Virus record (IMG/VR): IMGVR_UViG_3300030330_005258
Coordinates: 64,001-128,000 of that record
DNA from: a virus
Taxonomy: Duplodnaviria > Caudoviricetes
Strand: one strand, 5' to 3'
DNA: 64,000 nt
Of the stretch, positions 37,748-48,468 are shown one piece after another. Positions within the stretch are counted from its first letter, which is position 1, and every line of letters begins with the position of its first letter. A program made the position numbers and the translations under genes. The notes beneath the pieces were generated by a model. It had not been told where the DNA came from. It was given only the letters and a program-made list of their open reading frames with translations, and ran no database searches.

Positions 37748-40626
37748 TTTTTGAAGGTGATACCACGGAAAGGTTTGGTGACATATTTCCAAAACCATTT
37801 ATTGAAGAGATAAGGGTATTTGATAATTTAATAGAAACAGATGTCGGCTTATACTTTGAGACAGAAGAAGGCAAGGACGCCGTAACATTCTTAGAAGAAA
37901 CAGGTCTTTCAAGCCTAAAAATCAATTTACAGTTTGAGCCCGAAGAGCGATTTAATCAATATCTTGATGGTAATCGTCCATTGAGTACGCTATTGGGCGA
38001 AGCCATATCCTCTAGGACTGGGACGCCCGCGCCAAGTTTTTTTGAACAACCGCCCACGCTAGGTGATGATGGTTTTGCTGACCATGCCTTTTTCTATAAC
38101 AGCGAAGGTAAAAAATTTATTAAATTTTACATGACAATCCAGAGTGACTCAGCTACAGAAGGTCAATTAGCTGCTGGACCTTTGTATTTAACTTGCATGA
38201 CATTTTTTGGTTCTGTATCACAAATTATAAATAATCCAGAACAGTATAAAGAACAATATTCGGACATAGCTTACGAAAAAGTATACAACGCCGATGGGAC
38301 ACTAAACGTAGAACGGCAAGAAGTATATCTTGAAGCCGATGGTAATTATTATAGCAAAATTCCGCTTATGTCCCTTGACAGAAATTATAGAAAAACAAAT
38401 ATTATTAATAGCCAGCAGGTCGCTTCTAGAATACAATCTGTTATCCAGCCGTTTGTTGGCAGTATAGAGGACGCTGATTTAATATCCTCAACAATACAAG
38501 AGCACCAAAATAAACCCAAGTTCTTAGTTGCCCTACAGAGAAGAGTCAATAGGTTTGAAAACAAGACAGCAACAACAGTTGGGGGCAGCCTGTATGGGCA
38601 GCTTGTAGACGAGATATCGGCCATAAATAATATACTTCTTGGTTCAGATATTTTACAAAAAAGATTACAATTTAATAAAATCAAAGACAGAAGAACCGAA
38701 AGAGCCCTTGTTGCAAATGAGTCGGATATAACAGCAGCTAACACTGAAGGATTGGCAATACTCTCCAGTATTGATCATCTTTTTTTCCCACTTATTCCTT
38801 TAATGTATCGAAATTTAGAAACAAATGTGCCAGCTAAAGATTTTGCTTTTCCCGAGGAAGCATATATAGCAAACAAGGCTTATCTGTTTTTTGATTATGA
38901 AAAAGCCCTAAATTATAAATCAAACATATCTGAAATTTTTAACCCGTACAATATTTTAGAACTTTACGGAAAAAATAGTTTAAATAAACTTTTTCCAGTC
39001 CACACAGCAAGATGTCTTTTGTCCAGCACAAGCGGTCAAACAGAGCTAAGATTTTACGACAATTATTATTACCGAACCAATCAGGAAGAATTTGGAAGTT
39101 ATGAATTTGATCATAGAAGTCTAGATGGCAACGCCGTATACTTGCCCTCCTATTCTTATCTTTTTAACGGAGCAGATAGGTATACGTTTCTTGAAAAATT
39201 TGTTGAGAGAGCTTTTGACACTGGAGATACATTAGGTGACTATCGTTTAAGATGCTATGAATTGGACTACCTCAAGCAGTATAGCTATGTAAATGATTTT
39301 GAAACGTTAGCTTTAAATATCGATATTAGTGACAAAACGATGTCTTTTTATGAAACAGAGATAAGAGCGCCGTTTCAAATATTAAATGAACAACTGAGCA
39401 GATATCTTAGCTTCGCTGAAGAGTTTTGTAGTTATAACAATCTTGATGGAAGATTTAATGATTTTTTCTTAAGTGCTCTTGAAAATGAATTTTCTGAACC
39501 ATATCCCTGGGATCGATCGCCGCTTGTGTATTATTCTGTCTTTGCTTTAATTTATGCTTCTTGGAATTTTGACGGCGACACACCGACTACAAGAAGAACT
39601 GATGGCACCCCTGTGGATCTAGAAGGTATAAAAGATGCCACTTTGGTAAAGATGAAAGAAATATCGCCCGATGCGGGAGACCTAGAGTCACTTAGAGGCT
39701 TTGTTAATAATTTTAACAACTTGTATGAAAACTTTTTAGGTTACAATGGCTTTCTCAACAACACTCTATCATTGTACGACCTGACGGGCGACCCGGCAGT
39801 TGTTCCAGAAATTGTAAAATCGAATGATTCAATAACAATAAGTTCTGCTCCGTTCGTTGTTAACACTGTATTAATCGATACAGATTTAAGTGTTGTTAAT
39901 CCGTCAACTGATGATCAAGACTTTTATGAATTGACGGCGTTTCGAGGTCCAAGATTGAACAGGAGCAGTGCGAAAGATTACGGCGAGATTGAACAAATGA
40001 TCAAAAATTTTCCTCTTTTATCTGACTATAAAGTTACATTTAAAGTAAATGAAATCTATAGAGGTGTGACTACAAACATCAGGGATGAACGTGAAAAAAG
40101 CTTTGTAGATTTTTATGTAGAAAACATCACAGGAGACCATGTAGGAGACATCGCCCCCGGTCCCGACCAAGTGCAATCAATGGCTGACCAACTAGAAGAA
40201 TTAATCTTTCCGCTGTTTATCGATTTTTATCAAACATTATATGATTTAATTCCTGCTGAACTTAGAGAGTATGATGACGGACGCACGCAATCTAACGATA
40301 ACACCGATACTGATGGAATTACGCCCGAAGAACAATGGGCTGCAATGTGGTCAACTATTGAAAATACGGGTGACACAATAGAGAGGGAAATGTGCAACAG
40401 AAGACAGTACGATAAAATGGGGCGTCGAACCGATCAAGATGCAGAAAACAACATGAGACCCGTAACAAATCGAATCTTCTTCAATGTTTTGCCCAAAACA
40501 CTAAAAGAATATTTTGGCGCATTGCTTTATAATTATTATATTTATTCGTATTACATAGATAGAAGAGGCATAAGCCTTAAAGATTTTATGAATCTTATTC
40601 TACCAAACGAGAACAAGGTTTCGTAA
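37735..40626 (+). CDS. Large hypothetical virion protein (963 aa)
   Basis: Long ORF in the structural module, overlaps the upstream gene. Confidence 0.65.
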   Translation: MSRLIFEGDTTERFGDIFPKPFIEEIRVFDNLIETDVGLYFETEEGKDAVTFLEETGLSSLKINLQFEPEERFNQYLDGNRPLSTLLGEAISSRTGTPAPSFFEQPPTLGDDGFADHAFFYNSEGKKFIKFYMTIQSDSATEGQLAAGPLYLTCMTFFGSVSQIINNPEQYKEQYSDIAYEKVYNADGTLNVERQEVYLEADGNYYSKIPLMSLDRNYRKTNIINSQQVASRIQSVIQPFVGSIEDADLISSTIQEHQNKPKFLVALQRRVNRFENKTATTVGGSLYGQLVDEISAINNILLGSDILQKRLQFNKIKDRRTERALVANESDITAANTEGLAILSSIDHLFFPLIPLMYRNLETNVPAKDFAFPEEAYIANKAYLFFDYEKALNYKSNISEIFNPYNILELYGKNSLNKLFPVHTARCLLSSTSGQTELRFYDNYYYRTNQEEFGSYEFDHRSLDGNAVYLPSYSYLFNGADRYTFLEKFVERAFDTGDTLGDYRLRCYELDYLKQYSYVNDFETLALNIDISDKTMSFYETEIRAPFQILNEQLSRYLSFAEEFCSYNNLDGRFNDFFLSALENEFSEPYPWDRSPLVYYSVFALIYASWNFDGDTPTTRRTDGTPVDLEGIKDATLVKMKEISPDAGDLESLRGFVNNFNNLYENFLGYNGFLNNTLSLYDLTGDPAVVPEIVKSNDSITISSAPFVVNTVLIDTDLSVVNPSTDDQDFYELTAFRGPRLNRSSAKDYGEIEQMIKNFPLLSDYKVTFKVNEIYRGVTTNIRDEREKSFVDFYVENITGDHVGDIAPGPDQVQSMADQLEELIFPLFIDFYQTLYDLIPAELREYDDGRTQSNDNTDTDGITPEEQWAAMWSTIENTGDTIEREMCNRRQYDKMGRRTDQDAENNMRPVTNRIFFNVLPKTLKEYFGALLYNYYIYSYYIDRRGISLKDFMNLILPNENKVS

Positions 40627-40634
40627 GGAGTACT

Positions 40635-41036
40635 ATGTCTGGCAAAAAAATAAAAAAAGAAAATTTTAAGGGAATATCACAAACAAAGATTCGAATGGAA
40701 CTTGATTTTTTGGAAAAACAAAATACACAAATATTGGGTGATCTTTCAATCGTAGAAATAGATGTAAGTCGGTCATTTTCTTTTCGACAAACAGCTTTTG
40801 ATCCTGACTCAATAGAAAATCCAAACATTGTCGAAACAGAATTTTCAGAATTGAAAAATAATTTGACAAAAGTATCAGACAAATTTGATGAAATAGAAGA
40901 TCCATTTTTTGACTTGGACGATGCCCGAGAATCTATTTCAAAAAGAAAAATTATGAAACAGAATAATTTAAAAAACCTTGCCCGGAGAATCAGCAGCACT
41001 GGCAATAAAGCAGGCAAGAGGGGTAACTACAAATGA
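40635..41036 (+). CDS. Hypothetical protein
   Basis: AAGGAG SD; ATGA-coupled to the next gene. Confidence 0.65.
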   Translation: MSGKKIKKENFKGISQTKIRMELDFLEKQNTQILGDLSIVEIDVSRSFSFRQTAFDPDSIENPNIVETEFSELKNNLTKVSDKFDEIEDPFFDLDDARESISKRKIMKQNNLKNLARRISSTGNKAGKRGNYK

Positions 41037-41653
41037 GTTTTAAATTTAGTATTGAAGCAGGTATCGCGCTTTTATCAACCTATAATAAAATTGATGGTCG
41101 CTTTGTTAAATTTTTGCGTTCAATACCAAAAAATGAAAATGAAAGATTTTTTGATACCTACCCCCTGTCTAATTTTTCTATTATATCTGACGAAGATATA
41201 GATAGATTGCTTTTTTCAATTACGAAGGTAGACAGTAGAAATCTTGATGGACAATTGATATCGGAATACTATACTTTTGAGGATGCCGACGTGGAAGGAA
41301 ATACGATTCAAAATTATAGTCCCAACGAAATTGAATTTTTCAGATCTCGATACGCCCCAGCACAGCCTGAAATTCAGGTTGACTTAACCCCTCCAGCCGG
41401 CAATTTTAATTCATCACAAGCTGTGATTGAAAATAACGGAATGCAATATAATTCTTTATCATCTCTTGGCGAGTTTGCCCAAGAAGATTTTATAGTTACT
41501 GCAACTACAGGTTCGGCGACAGAACTAATTACAACTGCTACAGAGCAAATTTCTGATGTGGGTGGAACAATTTCTAGAGATAGAACAATAGAAAGCCAGG
41601 ACGTGCGCGTCGGCGGCAGCACTACCCAAACTGTAACAACTAGCGGATATTAA
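41033..41653 (+). CDS. Hypothetical protein (Thr/Ser-rich C-terminus)
   Basis: ORF coupled on both sides within the structural module. Confidence 0.65.
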   Translation: MSFKFSIEAGIALLSTYNKIDGRFVKFLRSIPKNENERFFDTYPLSNFSIISDEDIDRLLFSITKVDSRNLDGQLISEYYTFEDADVEGNTIQNYSPNEIEFFRSRYAPAQPEIQVDLTPPAGNFNSSQAVIENNGMQYNSLSSLGEFAQEDFIVTATTGSATELITTATEQISDVGGTISRDRTIESQDVRVGGSTTQTVTTSGY

Positions 41654-41654
41654 A

Positions 41655-44600
41655 ATGTCATTAAAAGATACAAGAATAATAGACTTAAATCTTTTCTCAG
41701 GTTCGTCAGAACTAATGAGACAGGCTCTGGGCGGTTATTACTATGATTCTGGCGCGGGAAAGATAGAATTTAAACCAGTAGGCTTTGATTCTGTGGCACA
41801 AATAGAGGAATTCATCCCCTCCGAGCAAAGCATTGCCACTGATTCAATTTTACCAAAAATATCATACGTTTCGAGAATTGTATTTAATGAGGCGGATACT
41901 GATATAGTTTCCGATGAAAATTGGAAAATATTTATAATAGGCGGCGAGTTCGGAGATAAAACATACCCTGGGATCTATAATGAAAATATTTACCCTGACC
42001 ACTTTAATTCATCTTCGTTGCCCTTGCTACCTAGAGAATTGGTCAATACTAATCAACAACCTTCTCTTACATTAACAACAGAATATTTTAATTATTACCC
42101 AAGGTATCAAGCCGAAGTAGCTAACCAACAATCGGCACTAATGGCGCCAAACTATTACATGTTGCCCCATGATTTTCTTAGCAAATCAACCGATACTAAT
42201 TCGTGTATAGCAGAAACAACATTCCCTCAAATCAGTAATTTTTTGACAAATTCTTATGTTAATTCAACAAAGACTTACGATTCGGCGTTAGAAAATATTT
42301 TTATTCCTGAACCAACTGGTCTTAGTGACGAGCACAATCTTGACAAAGGGGATGATTTAAAGCCTGAACACATGGATTCTGATTTGCAAAAGAAATATTC
42401 TTTAATGCCATTCGGCAACAAATTAATAATAGATCCAGATCTCGCTACCACTCAAACAAGCTATAGAGATATAATAGAGTCAAATAACTATGAAATCAAA
42501 CTACTAAAGCTTTTAAAAGAAACTTTTCAAGGGGAGTCCTCTTTGCAGACAGCAAACGTCAACTTTGCTGTCAACACAAAGGCAGAGATCAGCACGGGCA
42601 CAGCGACCGGCTTGGTTGAATCCACAGCTACAGTGCCAGTAAAAATAGTCGATGCCCCAACAATGCTCCTATATGCAGCAAGAAATCCAATTTCTGAAAC
42701 AAACAACATAACAGTTTATGATTCTAGCTCATATTCATCTACCATGGATTATGTTTTTGATACTACTGGTATCTACAGATTTGAAAATACTGAAGCAAGC
42801 TATGCAGTGTTGAACGATTTTATAAAAGAAATAAAAACAAAATTCCCAGGAGAGCCTGCCACTTATCCAATGGGAAACTTTTTAAATCAAGCAAGGCTAG
42901 AAAAGTATCACGAAACCCTGGCGTTCAGAATTGAAAAAATAGGTGGTGGACCCACTGGAGATTCTAACACCGAGAACACCATACAAAATATTTGGTTTTA
43001 TAACGTCAACGGACTTATAACATACCTCGATACCCAAGTAAAATATGATACTGAATATACGTACAAAATTTACAAATACGACATTGTTCAGGGCTACAAG
43101 TATCAACTTTCAGATATTGTAACAACTAGACAAATAGCGACAACAACTTCTGGAGAGACCAATGTATATTGTTTAGAGTTTTACGATCCGTTCACAGGTC
43201 AGGCAAGCGAACAGTTGCTTGAAGATAATAGAACCACTGCCGAATTGATAGCGCTATCAAGCTCTTTGGAAAGTGAGCGGCTGACTATAGATGGGCAACT
43301 TGTTTCTATTTTAAACAATCTTCAGTCCGCTAAAAACTCAGCAATACAACTTTACTATGAGCCTACAACAGTCTCCCCATACGGCATTGGAACTGATTAT
43401 CTAAAGCCTGACGGATCTCCGGCAGAACCGCGTTTTTATACTAAATTCATAAATTTTTACGAGGGCATCTTTGGACCAAAAAGTGGCTTTCCCAAGCCGT
43501 TATTAGAGCCTGAATTGTCTTCATATTTTGAAAAAATTAAAAATTATGTTGATGATAGGCTAGCCGGCGAGGAGGGCACCAAACAGGATATCGAAACAGA
43601 AGCTCAATCTTTTGAAGACGTTCTTATTGAAGCCAATAATCAGGGAATTCTGACACAAGTTTTAGATACGATACAGCTTACTGTGTCTGCTCTCATTGAA
43701 ACAGTGCTAAGAGATTTTGAAAATTATAACATAAAATTACGAACAGAACTGGTGCCAATTCAAGAACAATTATCCGAAGTCCAAATTCAATTAGATGTTG
43801 GCGTTGGCTCTTTGCGAACCAATGCACAAATAAACTCATCTTACTCACGACTGGCTGATTTCAAAATCTCTATTGAGCCATCACTTAAAATAATAGAAAT
43901 TCCCCTTGAAGAGAAGCGTATGCGGATTGTTGATCACCCTCCAAATGATTTTGTTATAACACCACACCACCTTCTTGATCAATCAAACAGGCTGGCTTTT
44001 TATTGTAAATATGATACGTTTTCAATGTATAGCGCCACATACCCACCCGTAATTACGCCCCGTGACCAACAAAACAAATCTGCATACTTGGTTGGTAATG
44101 ATTTTATTCAAACATCAGAACAAACGCAGGAGTCCGTGTCCCGCCCCAGGTTTATTGAAGTGTATAGGACAATGACTAAGCCGACTAGCTATAGAAACTT
44201 CGCTGGCGCCCTTCGCAAAACAATTGATCTCAGGCAATCAAACGGGGATATACCTACCGATCATCTGTTTGTTGAGCGAGTCCGTGAGAACACAAAATAT
44301 TACTATACTTTCCGCGCCCTTAATGAAAACGGGGTTGCTGGTCAATTAAGCCCGGTATTTGAGGCAGAACTCATTAACGACGGTGGGTATGTATATGGGG
44401 CGTTTGAGCAATTCTCGGAAGAAGATTTAGCTGTGCCACCACCTAAAGAGCCCCTGTTGGGTTTGAAAAAGTTGTTAAACATTATACCAAATATTCAACA
44501 CTTGCAACTAGATACTAGCACAGCTACTTTTGCTAGCTCCTCAATAAGCCAAATACCACAAATATCTCTTGGCTCCAATGCCGAAGATACACTTTGGGAT

Positions 44601-44684
44601 GATGATAAGTATTATAAAATAAGATTAACATCAAAGAAGACAGGCAAGAAGATAGATTTGAACATCAGCTTCAAAAAGGAATAG
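41655..44684 (+). CDS. Large virion structural protein (1009 aa) with Ig/FnIII-like segments
   Basis: YLDTQVKYDTEYTYKIY, NTKYYYTFRALNENG, YKIRLTSKKTGKKIDLN. Confidence 0.65.
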   Translation: MSLKDTRIIDLNLFSGSSELMRQALGGYYYDSGAGKIEFKPVGFDSVAQIEEFIPSEQSIATDSILPKISYVSRIVFNEADTDIVSDENWKIFIIGGEFGDKTYPGIYNENIYPDHFNSSSLPLLPRELVNTNQQPSLTLTTEYFNYYPRYQAEVANQQSALMAPNYYMLPHDFLSKSTDTNSCIAETTFPQISNFLTNSYVNSTKTYDSALENIFIPEPTGLSDEHNLDKGDDLKPEHMDSDLQKKYSLMPFGNKLIIDPDLATTQTSYRDIIESNNYEIKLLKLLKETFQGESSLQTANVNFAVNTKAEISTGTATGLVESTATVPVKIVDAPTMLLYAARNPISETNNITVYDSSSYSSTMDYVFDTTGIYRFENTEASYAVLNDFIKEIKTKFPGEPATYPMGNFLNQARLEKYHETLAFRIEKIGGGPTGDSNTENTIQNIWFYNVNGLITYLDTQVKYDTEYTYKIYKYDIVQGYKYQLSDIVTTRQIATTTSGETNVYCLEFYDPFTGQASEQLLEDNRTTAELIALSSSLESERLTIDGQLVSILNNLQSAKNSAIQLYYEPTTVSPYGIGTDYLKPDGSPAEPRFYTKFINFYEGIFGPKSGFPKPLLEPELSSYFEKIKNYVDDRLAGEEGTKQDIETEAQSFEDVLIEANNQGILTQVLDTIQLTVSALIETVLRDFENYNIKLRTELVPIQEQLSEVQIQLDVGVGSLRTNAQINSSYSRLADFKISIEPSLKIIEIPLEEKRMRIVDHPPNDFVITPHHLLDQSNRLAFYCKYDTFSMYSATYPPVITPRDQQNKSAYLVGNDFIQTSEQTQESVSRPRFIEVYRTMTKPTSYRNFAGALRKTIDLRQSNGDIPTDHLFVERVRENTKYYYTFRALNENGVAGQLSPVFEAELINDGGYVYGAFEQFSEEDLAVPPPKEPLLGLKKLLNIIPNIQHLQLDTSTATFASSSISQIPQISLGSNAEDTLWDDDKYYKIRLTSKKTGKKIDLNISFKKE

Positions 44685-44702
44685 CGGAAATAAATTTAAC
44701 TC

Positions 44703-44711
44703 ACTATTTAT
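44703..44711 (+). promoter_or_regulatory. Putative late promoter ACTATTTAT
   Basis: Fully intergenic; identical copies at 50453 and 60001. Confidence 0.65.
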
Positions 44712-44728
44712 GTGAGAGAGGAAAATAA

Positions 44729-45736
44729 ATGGGATTTTTAGATAACTCTGGCGACATCATACTTGACGCCGTATTGACAGATTTGGGAAGAAAAAGAATG
44801 GCAGACGGTAATTTTCGGATTACCAAGTTCGCGTTAGGAGACGATGAGATTGATTACTCTCTATATAACGCCAATCATCCTTCTGGTTCTGCATATTACG
44901 ACCTTGAAATTTTGCAATCACCCATTATGGAAGCGCCTACTAGAATTCCGTCCGCAATAAAATATGGTCTCTTAAGTATTACAAGAACTGACTTGGTTTA
45001 CATGCCAGTTCTCAAAGTCAATGAGAAGACCGACTCGTCTCTTGTCAAGACTAATGGTGTATATTATCTAGCCGTTAATGCAGCTACTCACGAAAACCTC
45101 CTTGCCAACAACGCCAATAGTTCTCAAAAATTCTTGGAACCCAACACGCTAAGCCCCTCCAAGGTATTGTTAATAGAAACTGGTCTTGATACAGATGAAA
45201 GAACTGCAACACTAGAAAACAGAAACGCCGCTATCGTACAAACAGGCTTGCTTGATCTAAACTTCGAAGTTAAATTCGACAATAGGTTTGTTGCTGGGAT
45301 TATGTCTCTAGCCGGTGGTAAGTTCGCAAACACCTCTGACAATACCAGCGATTTAAAGTTGGATAATTTTGCTGCTCGTACCGCTGTATCATCTATAGAT
45401 TTTATTGAGAATTACTCTACTGCAATGGCTGTCGGGATTGCAAACGAAGTTGCAAAACGTGGCGATCGAGCCGATGGTAACAATATATCTGCTTTTACCG
45501 GTCCTCGTGGCTCTGTTACAGCCATGACATTCATGCCAAGCCTTGAGATTAATGCAGAGGGGGCGACCTCGCCGACTTATTATACATTATATGGCACAAC
45601 TGGCGCTTCTGCTTCTTCGTTAAGCCTTGCCGGTTCAGACAATTATGATTTTATTGACACAACAGTTTATGTCAAGGGCACGGCAAGCGGAACTCAATTA
45701 CAAATCCCACTAAGACTAATTAGACTACAAGGTTAA
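44729..45736 (+). CDS. Virion structural protein (tail-collar/fibre-attachment-like N-terminus)
   Basis: MGFLDNSGDIILDAVLTDLGRKRMADGNFRITKFALGDDEIDY. Confidence 0.7.
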   Translation: MGFLDNSGDIILDAVLTDLGRKRMADGNFRITKFALGDDEIDYSLYNANHPSGSAYYDLEILQSPIMEAPTRIPSAIKYGLLSITRTDLVYMPVLKVNEKTDSSLVKTNGVYYLAVNAATHENLLANNANSSQKFLEPNTLSPSKVLLIETGLDTDERTATLENRNAAIVQTGLLDLNFEVKFDNRFVAGIMSLAGGKFANTSDNTSDLKLDNFAARTAVSSIDFIENYSTAMAVGIANEVAKRGDRADGNNISAFTGPRGSVTAMTFMPSLEINAEGATSPTYYTLYGTTGASASSLSLAGSDNYDFIDTTVYVKGTASGTQLQIPLRLIRLQG

Positions 45737-45747
45737 CGGAGAAATTA

Positions 45748-46803
45748 ATGCCTATCTATTACGAACCAATTAATGGACAAACAGACGTAGCGACCACAAG
45801 AACGTTATTGCACGAGGTTATTCCGCTAACAGGAACAATAGTCAGCGGAACCTATGGCACGTTCCCCAATGAAGAAAACATTAAGAACTATTCACATGGA
45901 CAATTTCAGACAGTCTACGATTATCCATTTTTAAGTTCATCTGCCAATCACATCTTTGATTTGTCTGTGGGGTATGACGAAAGCTCGGGCTACTCTGGTT
46001 CTGCGAGTCGAGTACAACAAAGAAAAAAAATTAATATGTACAACCAAATGTCTCAAGTTCTCTTGGGATATACTGGGTCCGCTAACACCGTTAGAAAGTT
46101 CGAATCTGATTTAACTCTCGACGGCTCAAATGCAATGAACGAAGTCTTCTTCGTGAACTTTTCGCGACTAATATCCAAGGATCAAGTTAAAAAGGGCTCG
46201 GTATCAGTCACGCTTTTGACGGGCGCCTATTCCGCAGGCACAGCCTCTGGCGGGACAATAACTTATTCTGATTCCAATGCTTCTGACACTGGCGGCACAC
46301 TCAATACTGTCGGCGGTGATTATGGTGTTTTGCTAGACAAATCTGTTACACCCGCCTTAACTGGTGGCATCGTGTTTTACCAAGCAGGCATTATGGTCCT
46401 TACGGCATCTGCATTTAGTAGCTCGGTCGGTCTTGCTTCAAACTTTTTTGAGAATGAAAGCGTACCGGCGGTAATCACAGGCTCTGCTATTTCTGGCGCT
46501 TGTGATGCGCTAAGACAAAGAATACAAAATATCCAGTTCAATAACACAACTGAAATTAACTCAACAGTATATTTCTGTCGCGCACCGCATAACAAGTTTA
46601 ACTATTCTAGTAACCCAACTTATCTAAGCTCAAGCTCAATTAGAGTTAAGAATAATGTTCGTGCAAATCCGCCAATATCTTATATCACAACCATCGGGCT
46701 TTACAATTCACAAAATGAGCTTCTTGCGGTAGCTAAGCTTTCAGAGCCCCTACGCAAAGATCCAACAAACGAGCTAACTCTCCGCGTCCGGCTGGACTAC
46801 TAA
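45748..46803 (+). CDS. Virion structural protein (tail/baseplate)
   Basis: C-terminal FNYSSNPTY...YITTIGLYN...ELLAVAKLSEPLRKD...RVRLDY. Confidence 0.72.
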   Translation: MPIYYEPINGQTDVATTRTLLHEVIPLTGTIVSGTYGTFPNEENIKNYSHGQFQTVYDYPFLSSSANHIFDLSVGYDESSGYSGSASRVQQRKKINMYNQMSQVLLGYTGSANTVRKFESDLTLDGSNAMNEVFFVNFSRLISKDQVKKGSVSVTLLTGAYSAGTASGGTITYSDSNASDTGGTLNTVGGDYGVLLDKSVTPALTGGIVFYQAGIMVLTASAFSSSVGLASNFFENESVPAVITGSAISGACDALRQRIQNIQFNNTTEINSTVYFCRAPHNKFNYSSNPTYLSSSSIRVKNNVRANPPISYITTIGLYNSQNELLAVAKLSEPLRKDPTNELTLRVRLDY

Positions 46804-46813
46804 GGAGGGCAAG

Positions 46814-48127
46814 ATGTCCCTCAAGAAGTTTGGACAAAGTGATATAATAAGAAATGGGTTGAGGGCTTATCCTCACAACTCATTTTTTATATATTCCTCT
46901 TCAGTCTACTATGGTCACAGACCAATAGAAGCAGGGAAGTTCAATAATGACATATTGTCTGCCTCCGGTGGCATTAGCTTGTTTGAGTATAATGTTGATA
47001 GGGCTGGCAACACAACGATAGATAATGATAGCAATATTGGCACCGATGGAGCTAACACTCCCATAATCCCATATACCGCCGGTCGAGGCAATAGTTCTTT
47101 AAGTTACCTAAAAGCTACTCCACGAAGTAGAACATTGACCGAAGGTCCGCATCTTTCTTTTGAAATAACAGCATCGGGTCCAATGCAAGAGGTCGCAGAT
47201 GTAATAGTTGTGTCAGAAAACGTCGTATTTACCGGCTCGTCTTATCCTATGTCTGCCTCTATTATCAGAGAATTTATGACAACGGCAGGCTCTACTGGTT
47301 CATTAACTGATGTCGCAAGACCGGCTAATAGGCACTACTATGGTCTTCGCAATTCTTTAAACTTTTATGGCACGCGGTCGCCTCATTATTTTGTAGAATT
47401 CTCAGCATCTAACATAGGTGCCTGGAACAAAGATGAACAAGATATCAATCTTATATCAATACCAAAAATATTTTATGGTTCTCGCATAAAGCCGGGCTCT
47501 ATGTCTCTAAAGTTTTACATCACTGGTACTTTAGTCGGCGAACTTAAAGACGAAAAATACAATGGCGAATTGATACAAGTAGGACCGGTCGGCTCTACTG
47601 GATCCGGTTCTGTGGCTGGTGTTGCGATGTATGAAGAGGGCTTCGCTTTGCTAACAGCAAGCTGGAATCTAACATCAGAAGCATTTGATTTTGGCGAGTC
47701 TGTGAATAAAACTGGGTCGTGGACTTATTTTGCTGCTGGCGCCAAAGATGGCAGAGAGGTCTCAACATCTGCATCCTTTGATTTATCTTTCAAGGGTCAC
47801 ACCGAGACTCAAATCTTAACCATGTATGCCCACGCCCACAGAGGCGAAGTAAATTATTCTAACAATCCCACGTTTTTAGAATACGGACAAGATAAAATAT
47901 TTTTAACATCGTCTAACATTTACATCGAAAATGACAAGCAAACAATTAAAAATACAGTATCTTCAAGTTACGAAGGGCACAATTCTGCGTTCGAAAGGCA
48001 GGTCTATGTCTCGCGTGTTGCAATCTACGATGACAATAAAAAACTTATCGGTGTCGCCACACTCTCAAGCCCAGTGCTCAAGAAAGAAGCACAAGACTTA
48101 TCATTCAAACTAAAGTTGGATATATAG
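46814..48127 (+). CDS. Virion structural protein (C-terminus paralogous to 45748..46803)
   Basis: IPKIFYGSRIKPGS, NYSNNPTF, YVSRVAIYDDNKKLIGVATLS.PV.K...FKLKLDI; AAGGAGG SD. Confidence 0.72.
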   Translation: MSLKKFGQSDIIRNGLRAYPHNSFFIYSSSVYYGHRPIEAGKFNNDILSASGGISLFEYNVDRAGNTTIDNDSNIGTDGANTPIIPYTAGRGNSSLSYLKATPRSRTLTEGPHLSFEITASGPMQEVADVIVVSENVVFTGSSYPMSASIIREFMTTAGSTGSLTDVARPANRHYYGLRNSLNFYGTRSPHYFVEFSASNIGAWNKDEQDINLISIPKIFYGSRIKPGSMSLKFYITGTLVGELKDEKYNGELIQVGPVGSTGSGSVAGVAMYEEGFALLTASWNLTSEAFDFGESVNKTGSWTYFAAGAKDGREVSTSASFDLSFKGHTETQILTMYAHAHRGEVNYSNNPTFLEYGQDKIFLTSSNIYIENDKQTIKNTVSSSYEGHNSAFERQVYVSRVAIYDDNKKLIGVATLSSPVLKKEAQDLSFKLKLDI

Positions 48128-48468
48128 TGAAACCAATCCTGATTGTATCTCCTTGGTTTACCAAGCTTGTATCTGTTGTGATAGACGTGTACGCCATCAC
48201 TTTGTTTCCGTTTATTATTTCGAAAGAACCCATGGGTCCAGAGACCCTCAACCACGAAACCATACACATCAAGCAGCAGGCAGAATTGTTTGTAATTTTC
48301 TTCTATCTGTTGTATGTAGCGTATTACTTTATCGGCTTGGTCAAATATAAAGATAAACAAAAGGCATACTACATGATACCATTTGAGCAAGAAGCTTACG
48401 AGTACGACAATCAACTCGATTATCTACAAACACGTAAGCCTTACTCATGGACAAAGTATAAGGTATGA
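48127..48468 (+). CDS. Small membrane-associated protein with HExxH zinc motif
   Basis: AITLFPFI...LNHETIHIKQQAEL...PFEQEAY; GTG start. Confidence 0.6.
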   Translation: MKPILIVSPWFTKLVSVVIDVYAITLFPFIISKEPMGPETLNHETIHIKQQAELFVIFFYLLYVAYYFIGLVKYKDKQKAYYMIPFEQEAYEYDNQLDYLQTRKPYSWTKYKV

